DNA of 64,000 nucleotides from a virus (taxonomy: Duplodnaviria; Heunggongvirae; Uroviricota; Caudoviricetes), in the IMG/VR virus record IMGVR_UViG_3300025713_000004; one strand, 5' to 3'. The translations under genes and the position numbers were made by a program. The notes under the pieces are model-generated. The model was not told the origin of the DNA. It searched no databases and saw nothing but the letters and a program-made list of their open reading frames with translations. Of the stretch, positions 1-8,975 are shown one piece after another (position 1 is the stretch's first letter; each line of letters begins with the position of its first letter).

Positions 1-1
1 T

Positions 2-136
2 GAATGGTTAAAAACAATGCCATATATTGTTAAATATTGTTTTGGTATATATTTTAATACAGAAAATGGTCAAAAACTAGGTGGTGTTTTAGTTTTTAGT
101 AATGATTATACAGAAAATACTGGTGTTAATAACTAA
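2..136 (+). CDS. 3' end of an upstream gene (partial, open from the window edge to TAA at 134-136); hypothetical protein
   Basis: Frame 2 is open from the first base to the stop at 134-136 (...GGVLVFSNDYTENTGVNN*). Its 5' end lies outside the window. The IS607-like element begins right after it. Confidence 0.3.
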   Translation, partial: EWLKTMPYIVKYCFGIYFNTENGQKLGGVLVFSNDYTENTGVNN

Positions 137-230
137 TGTAAGTATTTATAATAAAATATGGTAAAAATATTTAATATTTTCTATAACTTTGGGGGATGAA
201 GAACTATTTATATACAAAAACAACTTTAAA

Positions 231-797
231 ATGTATTATAAATTATCTGATTACGCTAAAAAACATAATGTAACATACAGAACCGCATGGAATAGATTTA
301 AAAAAGGTCTAATTGACGGGGCGTTTATAGATGAACATGGACATATTAAAATCCCCGTTTTATCATTAGATAAATTAAACAACGCTATAATTTATTGCAG
401 AGTTTCTAATAATGATGCTAAGGATAATCTAAATAGACAAGCCGATAGATTGACAGACTATGCTATAAGAAACGGATATAATATCATTGATACTGTGAAA
501 GAAATTGCAAGTGGCCTAAACGATAATAGGAAAAAATTAACGGATATTTTAAAAAGAGATGATTGGGATTTACTTATTGTAGAAAATAAAGATAGATTAA
601 CCCGTTTTGGATTTAATTACATTAAAACATTATTAAATTCAAAAGGAAAAGATGTTATAATAGTAAATCAAACTGATGATGATAAAACAGACCTTATTCA
701 AGACCTTGTGTCAATTATATATTCATTCTCAGCCAGACTATATGGATTGAGGAAGAAAAAATCTAAAAAGGAAATTATGGACTTTATTAAAAATTAA
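231..797 (+). CDS. tnpA: IS607-family transposase TnpA (serine recombinase with N-terminal MerR-like HTH)
   Basis: The ORF track starts at a TTG at 189. The first ATG in frame, at 231, gives MYYKLSDYAKKHNVTYRTAWNRFKKG, a typical IS607 TnpA MerR-type HTH N-terminus. The catalytic block IYCRVSNNDAKDNLNRQADRL matches the serine-recombinase active-site region, with the catalytic Ser in 'RVS'. The size, about 190 aa, fits. Confidence 0.8.
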   Translation: MYYKLSDYAKKHNVTYRTAWNRFKKGLIDGAFIDEHGHIKIPVLSLDKLNNAIIYCRVSNNDAKDNLNRQADRLTDYAIRNGYNIIDTVKEIASGLNDNRKKLTDILKRDDWDLLIVENKDRLTRFGFNYIKTLLNSKGKDVIIVNQTDDDKTDLIQDLVSIIYSFSARLYGLRKKKSKKEIMDFIKN

Positions 798-807
798 ATT
801 ATAGATT

Positions 808-2076
808 ATGCAATTGGTGGAAAAACATATCGTTAAGAAAAATTCACGTCTATATTCAGAATGTGATAGAGTATGTTTTCTGTCAAAAAATCTTTATAAT
901 TATGCGAACTATATCGTAAGACAGGAATTTATTAAAACATCAAAAGAAAAAGAAGATGGTTTGGTTAAACATGCCAATTGGATAAGATATAATAGTCTTA
1001 ACAGAACATTTATTGATAATCATCAACACGACTACGTTATGTTACCAAGAAAGGTTTCAAATCAAACGTTGATGATGCTCGATAAAAATTGGAAAAGTTT
1101 CTTTAGAGCAAATAAAGATTATAATAAAAACAAAGAAAAGTATAATGGTAGACCAAAATTACCAAAATACATACATAAAACAGATGGTAGATTTATTACA
1201 ATATATGAGTTGGGTGCAATTTCTAAAAAGTTACTCAATAAAGGTATTGTTAAGTTATCTAAAACAGATATTGAAATTAGAACAAATAAGACCAATATAA
1301 ATATGGTGCGTATTGTGCCCTGTTTGGATGAATATACAATAGAAATAGTTTATACAATACCAGATATGTCACCAAAGGAAGATAATGGCAGATACGCTTC
1401 CATTGATTTAGGTTTGAATAATTTAGCGACCATTACAAGTAATGTTAAAGAATTAAAACCTGTCATAATAAACGGAAAACCGTTAAAGAGTATTAATCAA
1501 TTTTATAATAAGAGGTTGGCACACTATAAAAGCAAATTAGAAAAAATTAACAAGAAAAAACATAGTAAACGAACAAGATGGTTAACCAATAAAAGAAATA
1601 AAAAAATCGATGATTACTTACACAAATCAAGCAGATTGATAATTAATATGCTAAAAGAAAAAGAAATAAATACATTGGTGATAGGAAAGAACACCAACTG
1701 GAAACAAGATATTAACATCGGTAAAACCAATAATCAGAATTTTGTTTCCGTACCATATAGTAGATTTATAAACATGTTGGCTTATAAATGCGAAATGGAT
1801 GGTATACGAACAGTTTTACAAGAAGAGAGTTACACATCAAAAGCATCCTTTTTAAATAACGATTATATTCCAATACACAGTAAAGAGTGTGGGGATAATC
1901 ATATATTTTCAGGATATAGGCAAAGCCGTGGGTTATATAAGATAAAGGGCTGTGATGTTGTGATAAATGCTGATGTAAACGGTTCATATAATATATTACG
2001 AAAAGCATTCCCGAATATTATTGACGGGATAGAGGGGTTTGCAGTAATCCCAGTAATTATTACAATTACAAACTAA
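808..2076 (+). CDS. tnpB: TnpB (IS605 OrfB family RNA-guided endonuclease)
   Basis: The 422-aa protein has an OrfB_IS605 N-terminal region. It has the RuvC-I motif ASIDLGLNNLATIT, an Asp/Glu-containing RuvC-II region, and a C-terminal zinc finger (C..C..17 aa..C, as in CGDNHIFSG...KIKGCDVVINADVNGSYNI). It lies directly downstream of tnpA. Confidence 0.85.
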   Translation: MQLVEKHIVKKNSRLYSECDRVCFLSKNLYNYANYIVRQEFIKTSKEKEDGLVKHANWIRYNSLNRTFIDNHQHDYVMLPRKVSNQTLMMLDKNWKSFFRANKDYNKNKEKYNGRPKLPKYIHKTDGRFITIYELGAISKKLLNKGIVKLSKTDIEIRTNKTNINMVRIVPCLDEYTIEIVYTIPDMSPKEDNGRYASIDLGLNNLATITSNVKELKPVIINGKPLKSINQFYNKRLAHYKSKLEKINKKKHSKRTRWLTNKRNKKIDDYLHKSSRLIINMLKEKEINTLVIGKNTNWKQDINIGKTNNQNFVSVPYSRFINMLAYKCEMDGIRTVLQEESYTSKASFLNNDYIPIHSKECGDNHIFSGYRQSRGLYKIKGCDVVINADVNGSYNILRKAFPNIIDGIEGFAVIPVIITITN

Positions 2077-2090
2077 TTCTATGATTTTCT

Positions 2091-3299
2091 ATGGAATTTG
2101 ATACTGTTTGGGATAAATATGGATTTACAAATAAAATTTTATTATTAAGCAGGGGTGTTTGTTTATGGTGGACACCAAAAAATACAGCATCTTTTTTTAT
2201 TTCTAGGGTTTGTAAATGGTTAAAAAATAATACAAAATATAGAATAATAACAGCAACTGTTGACCCAGCAGCAGGTGAAATCGGAACAATTTATCAATCA
2301 TTAAATTGGTTATATGTTGGTGTTATGTCTGGTAATTATTCCAATAATAAAGAAACAAAAAGATTTTCAGTATTAATTGATGGTAAATTAAGATATAGTA
2401 GATGGGTTAGAAATAAATTGGGTACGATGAAAAAAAATGTTATTTTAAAACACTATCCCAATGCAATATTTTTACCACAATATAGAAAACATAGATATTT
2501 TTATTTTATAGACACACCAAGAAATAATAAAAAACATAAAACATCTATAAATCATTTAATATTACCATATCCTAAAAGAAATGATGAAATTATTGGCGTT
2601 ATTTATAAAATAAAAAACAAAATAAACAACAAATTATATATTGGACAAACAATTCGTTCAATAAATGAAAAAATATTAGAATATAAAAATGGTTTGGGTA
2701 ATGATTATATTAATAATGCATTCAATAAGTATGGTTGGGATAATTTTGAATTTACAATAATTGATACGGCAAAAACAATTCAAGAACTAAACAATAAAGA
2801 AATTAAATATATTAGTGATTATAAATCAAACCAAAAAGAATTTGGTTATAATATTGAAGGTGGTGGTAAAAATATAATACCAACAAAAGAAACTTTAGAT
2901 AAAATGTCTATTTCTCATTTAGGTATTAAACAATCTAAAGAATGGATTAATAAAAGAATTTCAAAAGCAGGTAGTAATGATGCAAAAAAATACGGTAGAA
3001 AAAAAACAAAGCAAGATAAATTAATTTTAAGTAAAAATTCTTCTAAATATTGGTTAGGTAAAAACCATACAGAAGAAACTAAACAAAAAATTAGTAAAAC
3101 AAAAAAACAAATTGGATTGTCTGAAAAACAAAAAGAAATAATTTGCAAAAAGGTATTTAAAGTTAATTTAAAAACTAATGAAATTATTGAATTTGAATCA
3201 ACAAAAAAGGCGAGTGTTTTTGAAAATGTTAATCAATCCACAATATCAAGATGGTGTAAAAATGAAAAAAGAGTAAATGGTTATTTATGGAAAAATTAA
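2091..3299 (+). CDS. GIY-YIG homing endonuclease with NUMOD3 / IENR1-like DNA-binding modules and an extra ~150-aa N-terminal domain of unknown function
   Basis: The central GIY-YIG core is GVIYKIKNKINNKLYIGQT...KYGWDNFEFTIID...NKEIKYI...FGYNIEGGG. C-terminal lysine-rich NUMOD3-like repeats (TKQKISKTKK, SEKQKEIICKK) and a terminal helix-turn-helix-like tail (NVNQSTISRWCKN) resemble I-TevI/Seg-type endonucleases. The N-terminal 150 aa (WWTPKN...RIITATVDPAAGEIGTIYQSLNWLYVG) is not part of a GIY-YIG fold I recognise. Confidence 0.7.
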   Translation: MEFDTVWDKYGFTNKILLLSRGVCLWWTPKNTASFFISRVCKWLKNNTKYRIITATVDPAAGEIGTIYQSLNWLYVGVMSGNYSNNKETKRFSVLIDGKLRYSRWVRNKLGTMKKNVILKHYPNAIFLPQYRKHRYFYFIDTPRNNKKHKTSINHLILPYPKRNDEIIGVIYKIKNKINNKLYIGQTIRSINEKILEYKNGLGNDYINNAFNKYGWDNFEFTIIDTAKTIQELNNKEIKYISDYKSNQKEFGYNIEGGGKNIIPTKETLDKMSISHLGIKQSKEWINKRISKAGSNDAKKYGRKKTKQDKLILSKNSSKYWLGKNHTEETKQKISKTKKQIGLSEKQKEIICKKVFKVNLKTNEIIEFESTKKASVFENVNQSTISRWCKNEKRVNGYLWKN

Positions 3300-3589
3300 A
3301 ATATTAGTGGTTTGAATATATAAGCAGGTTTACCTTATAAAAATTATTAATTTAACTAATATAATTTAATATCTCTTTATAATAAACATTTAGATAATAT
3401 TTTTAGAGTATATTTTTAATATTTCAAGAAATTTATTTTTAATATCATTTACATTAGATTCAATTAGTTTTAAGAATTTCTCTAACTTCATCAGATGAAT
3501 TCTTATATACTTCTTTTAAGGTTTTATTTGTTTCTTCCATCATTTAATTATTTTTATAATATACGATAAATAATTTAAATTGTTACAAA

Positions 3590-3862
3590 TTATTCAACAA
3601 AGTCAATTGTTTTAAAATTTTCCAATTCTAACGATAATTTTTCATAAATATCAATCAACTCATTTAATTTTTCATGTATTTTATACATAATATTAGCAAT
3701 TTGGTTAATATTTATATTTAATAAAAAGACATCATTATAAAAATCTATCCAATTATTATTTATTTTATATTGACCAATAAATGTTAAATTTTTTTCTATG
3801 GGATTAAATTTAACTAATATTCTTCTATCACTATATTTTTCAAAATTTACTTTCCATTCCAT
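3590..3862 (-). CDS. hypothetical protein
   Basis: A 90-aa ORF sits immediately upstream, in the transcription sense, of the helicase gene on the same strand. It has no recognisable motifs. Confidence 0.35.
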   Translation of the reverse strand: MEWKVNFEKYSDRRILVKFNPIEKNLTFIGQYKINNNWIDFYNDVFLLNININQIANIMYKIHEKLNELIDIYEKLSLELENFKTIDFVE

Positions 3863-3874
3863 AAATTTAAAATT

Positions 3875-6800
3875 TTAAGAGATATCTGTCCAATTTCTAT
3901 CAAAGATTAATTCATTTTTTGCTCTTGTATATGCAACATATTCTAAATTTTTTTCTTGTAAAAATTCCCAATTTTTTGTTGTTTTCATTGGTAATAAATC
4001 TGGTCTTATTATAAAGACCCTATTTGCTTCAAGACCCTTTATTTTATGTATTGTACTTAAGCAAATTCCTTGAATTTCATCACTAAAAATTAAACCAATT
4101 TTATTTTTTAAATCAACAATACTATTTGATAATTTTGCTAAAAAAAGTAATGTTGTTACTTTATCTTCTAATGTAACATAACCACTATGTTCATTTGGGT
4201 TTAAAATACCTTCCTTTTTTAATTCTTTTCTATATTTAATTAATTCTCTATCCCAAAAAAGAATTAAATTGTCAATAGATTTAATATCACCAATTAATTC
4301 AATTAACTGAACACCAATATCAGAACCTTTCACAATTGCTTTTTTTTCTTGTTCTAAAAATTCAAAAAATAATTTAATTAATGGTATTGTTGTTCTACAT
4401 AAAACAAAATCACCACTTTCTGCTTCTTTTAAAACATTACCATCCCTTACAATACCATCAGGTGCATTGGGTAGTGCTTTTATATCAGGTACAATTTCTT
4501 GTGCTTTTTTTATTACATTTTTTGAACATCTGAATGACGTTGATAATGGTAGTGTTTTAGTATTTGGGAATTTACTAAACCATTCAAACGCTTTTTCATC
4601 TGCTGCATTAAATCCATATATACAATTATGTGTTAATATATTATCAGCAACATATGTTTCGTATTTATCAATTTCTAAAGAATAAACTAAACCAGAATAT
4701 TTTTCATATTTTAATTCATATATTTTTTGAATGTTGTGCAAATTTGCATTTAAACTGCAAATTTGCATTAAATCTGGAATAATATTAATTGCATATATTT
4801 CTAAAAAATTTTGATTATAATCCATATTCCAATTAGAATTCCATATCGGGTAGTTTGAATTTTTATTAAAATCATTAAATATTTTATCTTTATTTGCTAA
4901 ATAATAATTAGCATCTTTATATGCATAATACAAAGAATAGTACGATTTTAAAATCCAAATTTTATTAACATCACTTTTATTCTTAAAAATTTTAAAAAAA
5001 TCAATCTCATTTCTTATTGTGAATATACGTATGTGTTGAGTTTCATCCATCAATTCAAACAAACACAATACAAATTGTAATTGTTTTGTTTTTTTTATTT
5101 TAACCAAACATTTATGTTCTGGTGTATATTTAGATTCACATCCTCTTGAAATTATTTTTATTAAATTTCCATTATAATACCTACAACCAATATTGTTAAT
5201 TTTACTTTTAATAAAGGAATTACTTTTTCTATCGTAAGAAATAATTAAATCACCAACATTTAAATTTTCAATATCCTTTTCTGTATTATCATTCATTAAT
5301 ATTTTTGTTCCTTTAGGTTGACATTGATAATAATCACCAACAGATATTAATCTACCTATATATTTACCAGTAGTTTTATCTTTTTTTATTAATTTTTCTA
5401 CAATTTTTATTTGACAACGATTTAAATCTTGAACTTCATCAATAAAAATATAATCTTGAGGAAACATCCAAATACTACTATCTATTGCTGGTAAATATAT
5501 CATATCAATAAAATCATAATTTTTTCTATCAATTGTTGATTCTTCTAATATTTTTAATATTCTTTTAATATCTTTATTTTCTTTAATTGGTATATTATAT
5601 TTTTCAGCAATATTTGGAATAAATTCTGAATTTGTTGTTAATGTTAATCTACATAAATTAACCATTTTTTTTATATTATTTAAATATAAAGAAATATCAT
5701 CGTTATCATCAAATTCATCGTTTAATTTCCAATTTTTTGATTTTGATTGTATTATTTTATCAATTTTAAATTCATCGAATTGTATTTTATCACCATATTT
5801 TCTTTTAATTGCAGACGTACCTAAACCATAAGTTGTATAACATCTAACATATTCGGGTAATTTTGTTTTTAATTCTTCTTGTATGTGTTTATTGAACGCT
5901 AAAAACATAATAGATTTATCTTTAGGTAATAATTTTACTGCATCAACTATGGTTGAAGTATTGTGTGTGATTGTAAAATCACCCAATAAAAATCTACCAT
6001 TACCATTTAAAGTAAATCCAAAATATAAACCTTGTGATATAATATTTTCTTTTATTTTAAAAGAAAATAAATTATTGTAATTTGTTTTTTGTTTTCTTTT
6101 ATATACTAAAGGTAATATGCTAGTATTTCCATTAATGTCAATTTTCCAAAAAATGTTATTTCGAAAAGAAAATATCTTTTTCTCTTTATATATAAAACCT
6201 AAACTTTCACATAAAAATTTCAAATTAACTATTTTCCTTTTTGAAATTATTGTTAGTTTGGATGTCCTGTTTTTTTTATTATAATAAACATCAAAAATAC
6301 CCGCCAAGATTTTTTTTCTATTTTCAATAGAATTTATTAGATATTTGTCTGGTATTGATAAATGAATATTCTTTTTGTTTTTATCAATATTAAAAATAAT
6401 ACACTTTTGAAAATCATCGGAATAAAAACCCTTTTCATATTTTTTATTTAAACAAACACTTGTTTTATTTAAAACAAAAAAAGAATTATCTTTTAACTCC
6501 AACAATTTTTCTATTATTTTTCTTGTTAACCTAAAATCGACAAATAAAAATTGTTTTATATTATTTTTTAAATTATATCCTAACCATAATCCTAATAAAT
6601 ATGGATTTATTTCTGTTTTATTTTCTTGAAATTCAACAATGGATTTTTTTAATTTAATATTTTTTAAATAACCATTCCATTTTTTTGAATATTTGAGTTC
6701 ATTTAGTGGTGTATCTAACAAAATTTTAGAAATTTCATTGTAATGTGTAATTACATGAACATCATTACAAACCCAAGAATATCCTATTTCATTTTTTATT

Positions 6801-7045
6801 TTATATAGTTTACCATATCCAATATTTTTATTCAATACTTTACGAGGCGATGAATCATCACCCATTAAAAAATCACCAATTTTTATATCTTGAACCCTTT
6901 TTATTGTTCCATCATACATCAATACTGGTGTATCATATCCAAGACATTTACCTGTACCAGCATATGCTTTTATTAAAATATTTTCAGGTCTTTTTTTTGT
7001 AAATAAAAATATTCTTTCTTGTTCTTTTGTTGGTTTATTAATCAT
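3875..7045 (-). CDS. SF1 DNA helicase (UvrD/PcrA/Rep-like) precursor interrupted by two inteins
   Basis: The extein sequence reconstructs a UvrD-family helicase. Motif I is AYAGTGK|T (Walker A), split after Lys. Motif Ia is TSTIVDAV. Motif II is IFIDEVQDLN (DExx). Motif III is VGDYYQ|CIYGFNAAD (compare GDxxQxIYxFRGA), split before Cys. Each break is occupied by an intein-like insert that starts with Cys and ends with ...THN followed by T or C. Confidence 0.8.
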   Translation of the reverse strand: MINKPTKEQERIFLFTKKRPENILIKAYAGTGKCLGYDTPVLMYDGTIKRVQDIKIGDFLMGDDSSPRKVLNKNIGYGKLYKIKNEIGYSWVCNDVHVITHYNEISKILLDTPLNELKYSKKWNGYLKNIKLKKSIVEFQENKTEINPYLLGLWLGYNLKNNIKQFLFVDFRLTRKIIEKLLELKDNSFFVLNKTSVCLNKKYEKGFYSDDFQKCIIFNIDKNKKNIHLSIPDKYLINSIENRKKILAGIFDVYYNKKNRTSKLTIISKRKIVNLKFLCESLGFIYKEKKIFSFRNNIFWKIDINGNTSILPLVYKRKQKTNYNNLFSFKIKENIISQGLYFGFTLNGNGRFLLGDFTITHNTSTIVDAVKLLPKDKSIMFLAFNKHIQEELKTKLPEYVRCYTTYGLGTSAIKRKYGDKIQFDEFKIDKIIQSKSKNWKLNDEFDDNDDISLYLNNIKKMVNLCRLTLTTNSEFIPNIAEKYNIPIKENKDIKRILKILEESTIDRKNYDFIDMIYLPAIDSSIWMFPQDYIFIDEVQDLNRCQIKIVEKLIKKDKTTGKYIGRLISVGDYYQCQPKGTKILMNDNTEKDIENLNVGDLIISYDRKSNSFIKSKINNIGCRYYNGNLIKIISRGCESKYTPEHKCLVKIKKTKQLQFVLCLFELMDETQHIRIFTIRNEIDFFKIFKNKSDVNKIWILKSYYSLYYAYKDANYYLANKDKIFNDFNKNSNYPIWNSNWNMDYNQNFLEIYAINIIPDLMQICSLNANLHNIQKIYELKYEKYSGLVYSLEIDKYETYVADNILTHNCIYGFNAADEKAFEWFSKFPNTKTLPLSTSFRCSKNVIKKAQEIVPDIKALPNAPDGIVRDGNVLKEAESGDFVLCRTTIPLIKLFFEFLEQEKKAIVKGSDIGVQLIELIGDIKSIDNLILFWDRELIKYRKELKKEGILNPNEHSGYVTLEDKVTTLLFLAKLSNSIVDLKNKIGLIFSDEIQGICLSTIHKIKGLEANRVFIIRPDLLPMKTTKNWEFLQEKNLEYVAYTRAKNELIFDRNWTDIS
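4625..5323 (-). other. Intein 2 (233 aa) in helicase motif III
   Basis: The insert begins CQPKGTKILM and ends ADNILTHN, followed by the +1 Cys of CIYGFNAAD. Removing it restores the UvrD motif III GDYYQ-CIYGF. Cys-rich stretches (GCRYYNGN...GCESKYTPEHKC) suggest a small embedded nuclease or zinc module. Confidence 0.65.
5960..6946 (-). other. Intein 1 (329 aa) in the helicase P-loop, carrying a LAGLIDADG homing endonuclease
   Basis: The insert starts CLGYDTPVLM (intein block A: Cys, four residues, Thr, any residue, a hydrophobic) and ends FTITHN immediately before the extein Thr that completes GTGKT. It contains two LAGLIDADG-type motifs (PYLLGLWLGYN, which is PI-SceI-like LLGLWIGDG, and KILAGIFDVYYN). 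Confidence 0.75.
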
Positions 7046-7526
7046 TTGTAGAAATCCAATTATTGTTTAAAATCCCATTTTTTAATTTATATGTTTTCAT
7101 TTCATTAAGAACCAAAACAGTTAATCCTTCTTTTCTTTCAAAAATTTTATTGTTATAATATATATATTTCATATCTAAATTATACAATTCTTCAATATTT
7201 TCCACCTGTATGTGATAATTTGAATTCAAAGAAAATGCAATATCTCCTTTATCTTTCATATTATTCCATAAAATTTTTGCAATTTCATCACTTATTTGTC
7301 CTAATAGTTTAATAGTATTATTCATGTGTTTAATTGCATTTTCAGAAAACTTATCATTCTTTTCAACATATATTTTTTCCAATAAATATCTTGTTAATTC
7401 TATTGCAAAAAATCTATCTTCTGGATTATTTTCATAATCATTTGATAAATCCACACAAGGTCTACCATTTTCATTTAATGTAATATCATATTCAATATTA
7501 AACATAATAAAAATAATATAATGCAA
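7038..7526 (-). CDS. hypothetical protein
   Basis: A 162-aa ORF overlaps the helicase start by 8 nt (operonic). It has no recognisable motifs. Confidence 0.4.
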   Translation of the reverse strand: MHYIIFIMFNIEYDITLNENGRPCVDLSNDYENNPEDRFFAIELTRYLLEKIYVEKNDKFSENAIKHMNNTIKLLGQISDEIAKILWNNMKDKGDIAFSLNSNYHIQVENIEELYNLDMKYIYYNNKIFERKEGLTVLVLNEMKTYKLKNGILNNNWISTND

Positions 7527-7625
7527 ATATATATTATTAATTCTAATAAGACAACTAATTATAGCAATTTTTAGTATTTATATTAAAGAAATAAATTTAA
7601 ATAATCCAATTATTAAATTATAAAT

Positions 7626-8747
7626 ATGGCACTTATATCAACAACAGAAAAAAATAAACTTTATTTAAAAGTTAAACATGTTTTAGGATATCCATTAAGA
7701 CCTTTTGAAATAACTAATGAAATGATGGATTCATATCTTGAAATTGTTATTGAAGATTATTCTTCGTTAGTTAATAATTGGTTAATTAAACAACAATGGG
7801 TTAGTTTGGAAGGATTAAATAGGGAAAATAGTGATTTTTTGGCTGCATTTACTCATAAATCCAATGCATATATGAAAAGTTTTACATATGCTTATTCTAA
7901 ACAATTGGGATTAGGTACAAATGCACCAGGAGCAAAAGGTTGGGAATTAAAAAGAGATTTTATTATAACTGAAGAAAACACACAACACTATTTAATACCT
8001 AAAGGTCGTGAAGTTAATGAAGTTTTATGGGAAACACCACCAATTATTGATGGTGGTCTAGTAGACCCATTTGCATTAAATGCTTGGAGTTCTGGATTAA
8101 TGGGTATGTCTTATTTAGGTCGTCCTGCATTATATGTTCAACCAACATTTTCAACATTATTGGCAGCACAAGACCGTAGAATGAAACAAAGAGTATTACA
8201 ATCAATTTTAACATATAGAATTACAGGATTAGAAACTGGTGAAAAATTATTACATTTATATCCAGTACCAAATGATAGATATGAAATTGCAAATAGTTGG
8301 GGAAAACATTATGCTGGTAGAAAAGTATGGTATTGGTATTATGATACAAACAATGGTAAAGATAGAGATAGATGTCTTGAAGAAAATGATGATGTCGTAA
8401 GATTACCATCAGACCCACCAACAAAAGTATTAAAATGGGAAGATATGAATGATGTTGCACAACAACAAATAAGAAATTTATTAATTGCTCAAGTGAAAAT
8501 TGTTATTGGTGGTGTTAGAGGATTTTATAGTGGTGAATTGGGTGTTAGTGAAAAACAACTAACAATGGATTATCGTCATTTACTTGAAGAAGGTACAAAA
8601 CTTAAAGAAGACACTGAAAGATTTATTATTGAACAATTGGATAAAATAAGTCAGGTTAATTTAACGGAAGAACGTGCGAAAATTGCAGAAAATGTTAATA
8701 GGGAACGTGGTTTTCAACCTTTACAATATCCTATTATTGTAATTTAA
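7626..8747 (+). CDS. putative virion structural protein (neck/baseplate class; function unknown)
   Basis: The 373-aa protein has a balanced, non-low-complexity composition (G, R, W, P rich) unlike the surrounding accessory ORFs. It is preceded by the AGTATTTATA motif at 7573-7582 and sits in a block with other virion-like genes. Confidence 0.45.
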   Translation: MALISTTEKNKLYLKVKHVLGYPLRPFEITNEMMDSYLEIVIEDYSSLVNNWLIKQQWVSLEGLNRENSDFLAAFTHKSNAYMKSFTYAYSKQLGLGTNAPGAKGWELKRDFIITEENTQHYLIPKGREVNEVLWETPPIIDGGLVDPFALNAWSSGLMGMSYLGRPALYVQPTFSTLLAAQDRRMKQRVLQSILTYRITGLETGEKLLHLYPVPNDRYEIANSWGKHYAGRKVWYWYYDTNNGKDRDRCLEENDDVVRLPSDPPTKVLKWEDMNDVAQQQIRNLLIAQVKIVIGGVRGFYSGELGVSEKQLTMDYRHLLEEGTKLKEDTERFIIEQLDKISQVNLTEERAKIAENVNRERGFQPLQYPIIVI

Positions 8748-8975
8748 GTTTGAATTTCATATTCCACAATCATAAATATGATAATAATTCAATGATGACA
8801 TTATTTTTCTAAACTTTTTTTTATAAATAATTATCTATTATTATAATTCTCATTACCATATCTTTCTTTTTTTGTTTTTTTCATTTTAATAACATTTTCC
8901 CTATTTTTCATTGGATTGTTTTCACCAAATTTTTTATATTTATCATTTGTATTTATATAAAAGATATTTTTTTAT

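Larger units (their letters stand above)
140..2090 (+). mobile_element. IS607-family insertion sequence (tnpA serine recombinase plus tnpB); boundaries approximate
   Basis: A serine-recombinase TnpA is followed, after a 10-nt spacer, by an IS605-OrfB/TnpB gene. This is the diagnostic IS607 arrangement. The family has no TIRs and ends cannot be set by eye. The left end must lie between the upstream stop (136) and tnpA, and the right end is expected within a few tens of nt of the tnpB stop (2076). Confidence 0.55.

Noticed and set aside
1766-2008. Antisense or nested short ORFs from the six-frame track (for example 1766-2008 -, 2915-3148 -, 4467-4685 +, 5883-6080 +, 8221-8460 -, 10648-10854 +, 11009-11567 +, 12217-12465 +, 15407-15681, 20531-20830 +, 23456-23662 -, 27244-27447 +, 27611-28135 +, 30396-30890 +, 32297-32659 +, 35906-36160 -, 39050-39232 -, 41643-41849 -, 42675-42893 -, 43616-43813 -, 44126-44329 -, 44678-44938 -, 46000-46272 -, 47531-47812 -, 49740-49931 -, 50028-50237 -, 54374-54571 -, 54880-55068 +, 55239-55926 -, 56442-57206, 57436-58066 -, 59366-59647 -, 63334-63519 -)
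   Set aside because: All are embedded inside longer ORFs with recognisable protein families or coherent operon structure. Their translations are hydrophobic or low-complexity (F/L/I/Y-rich), as expected from reading AT-rich coding DNA in the wrong frame.
7619-7626. Literal T4 late-promoter octamer TATAAATA immediately upstream of the 7626 gene
   Set aside because: The octamer overlaps the start codon itself (ATG at 7626), leaving no room for a transcription start and leader. The AGTATTTATA motif 44 nt upstream is the better candidate.
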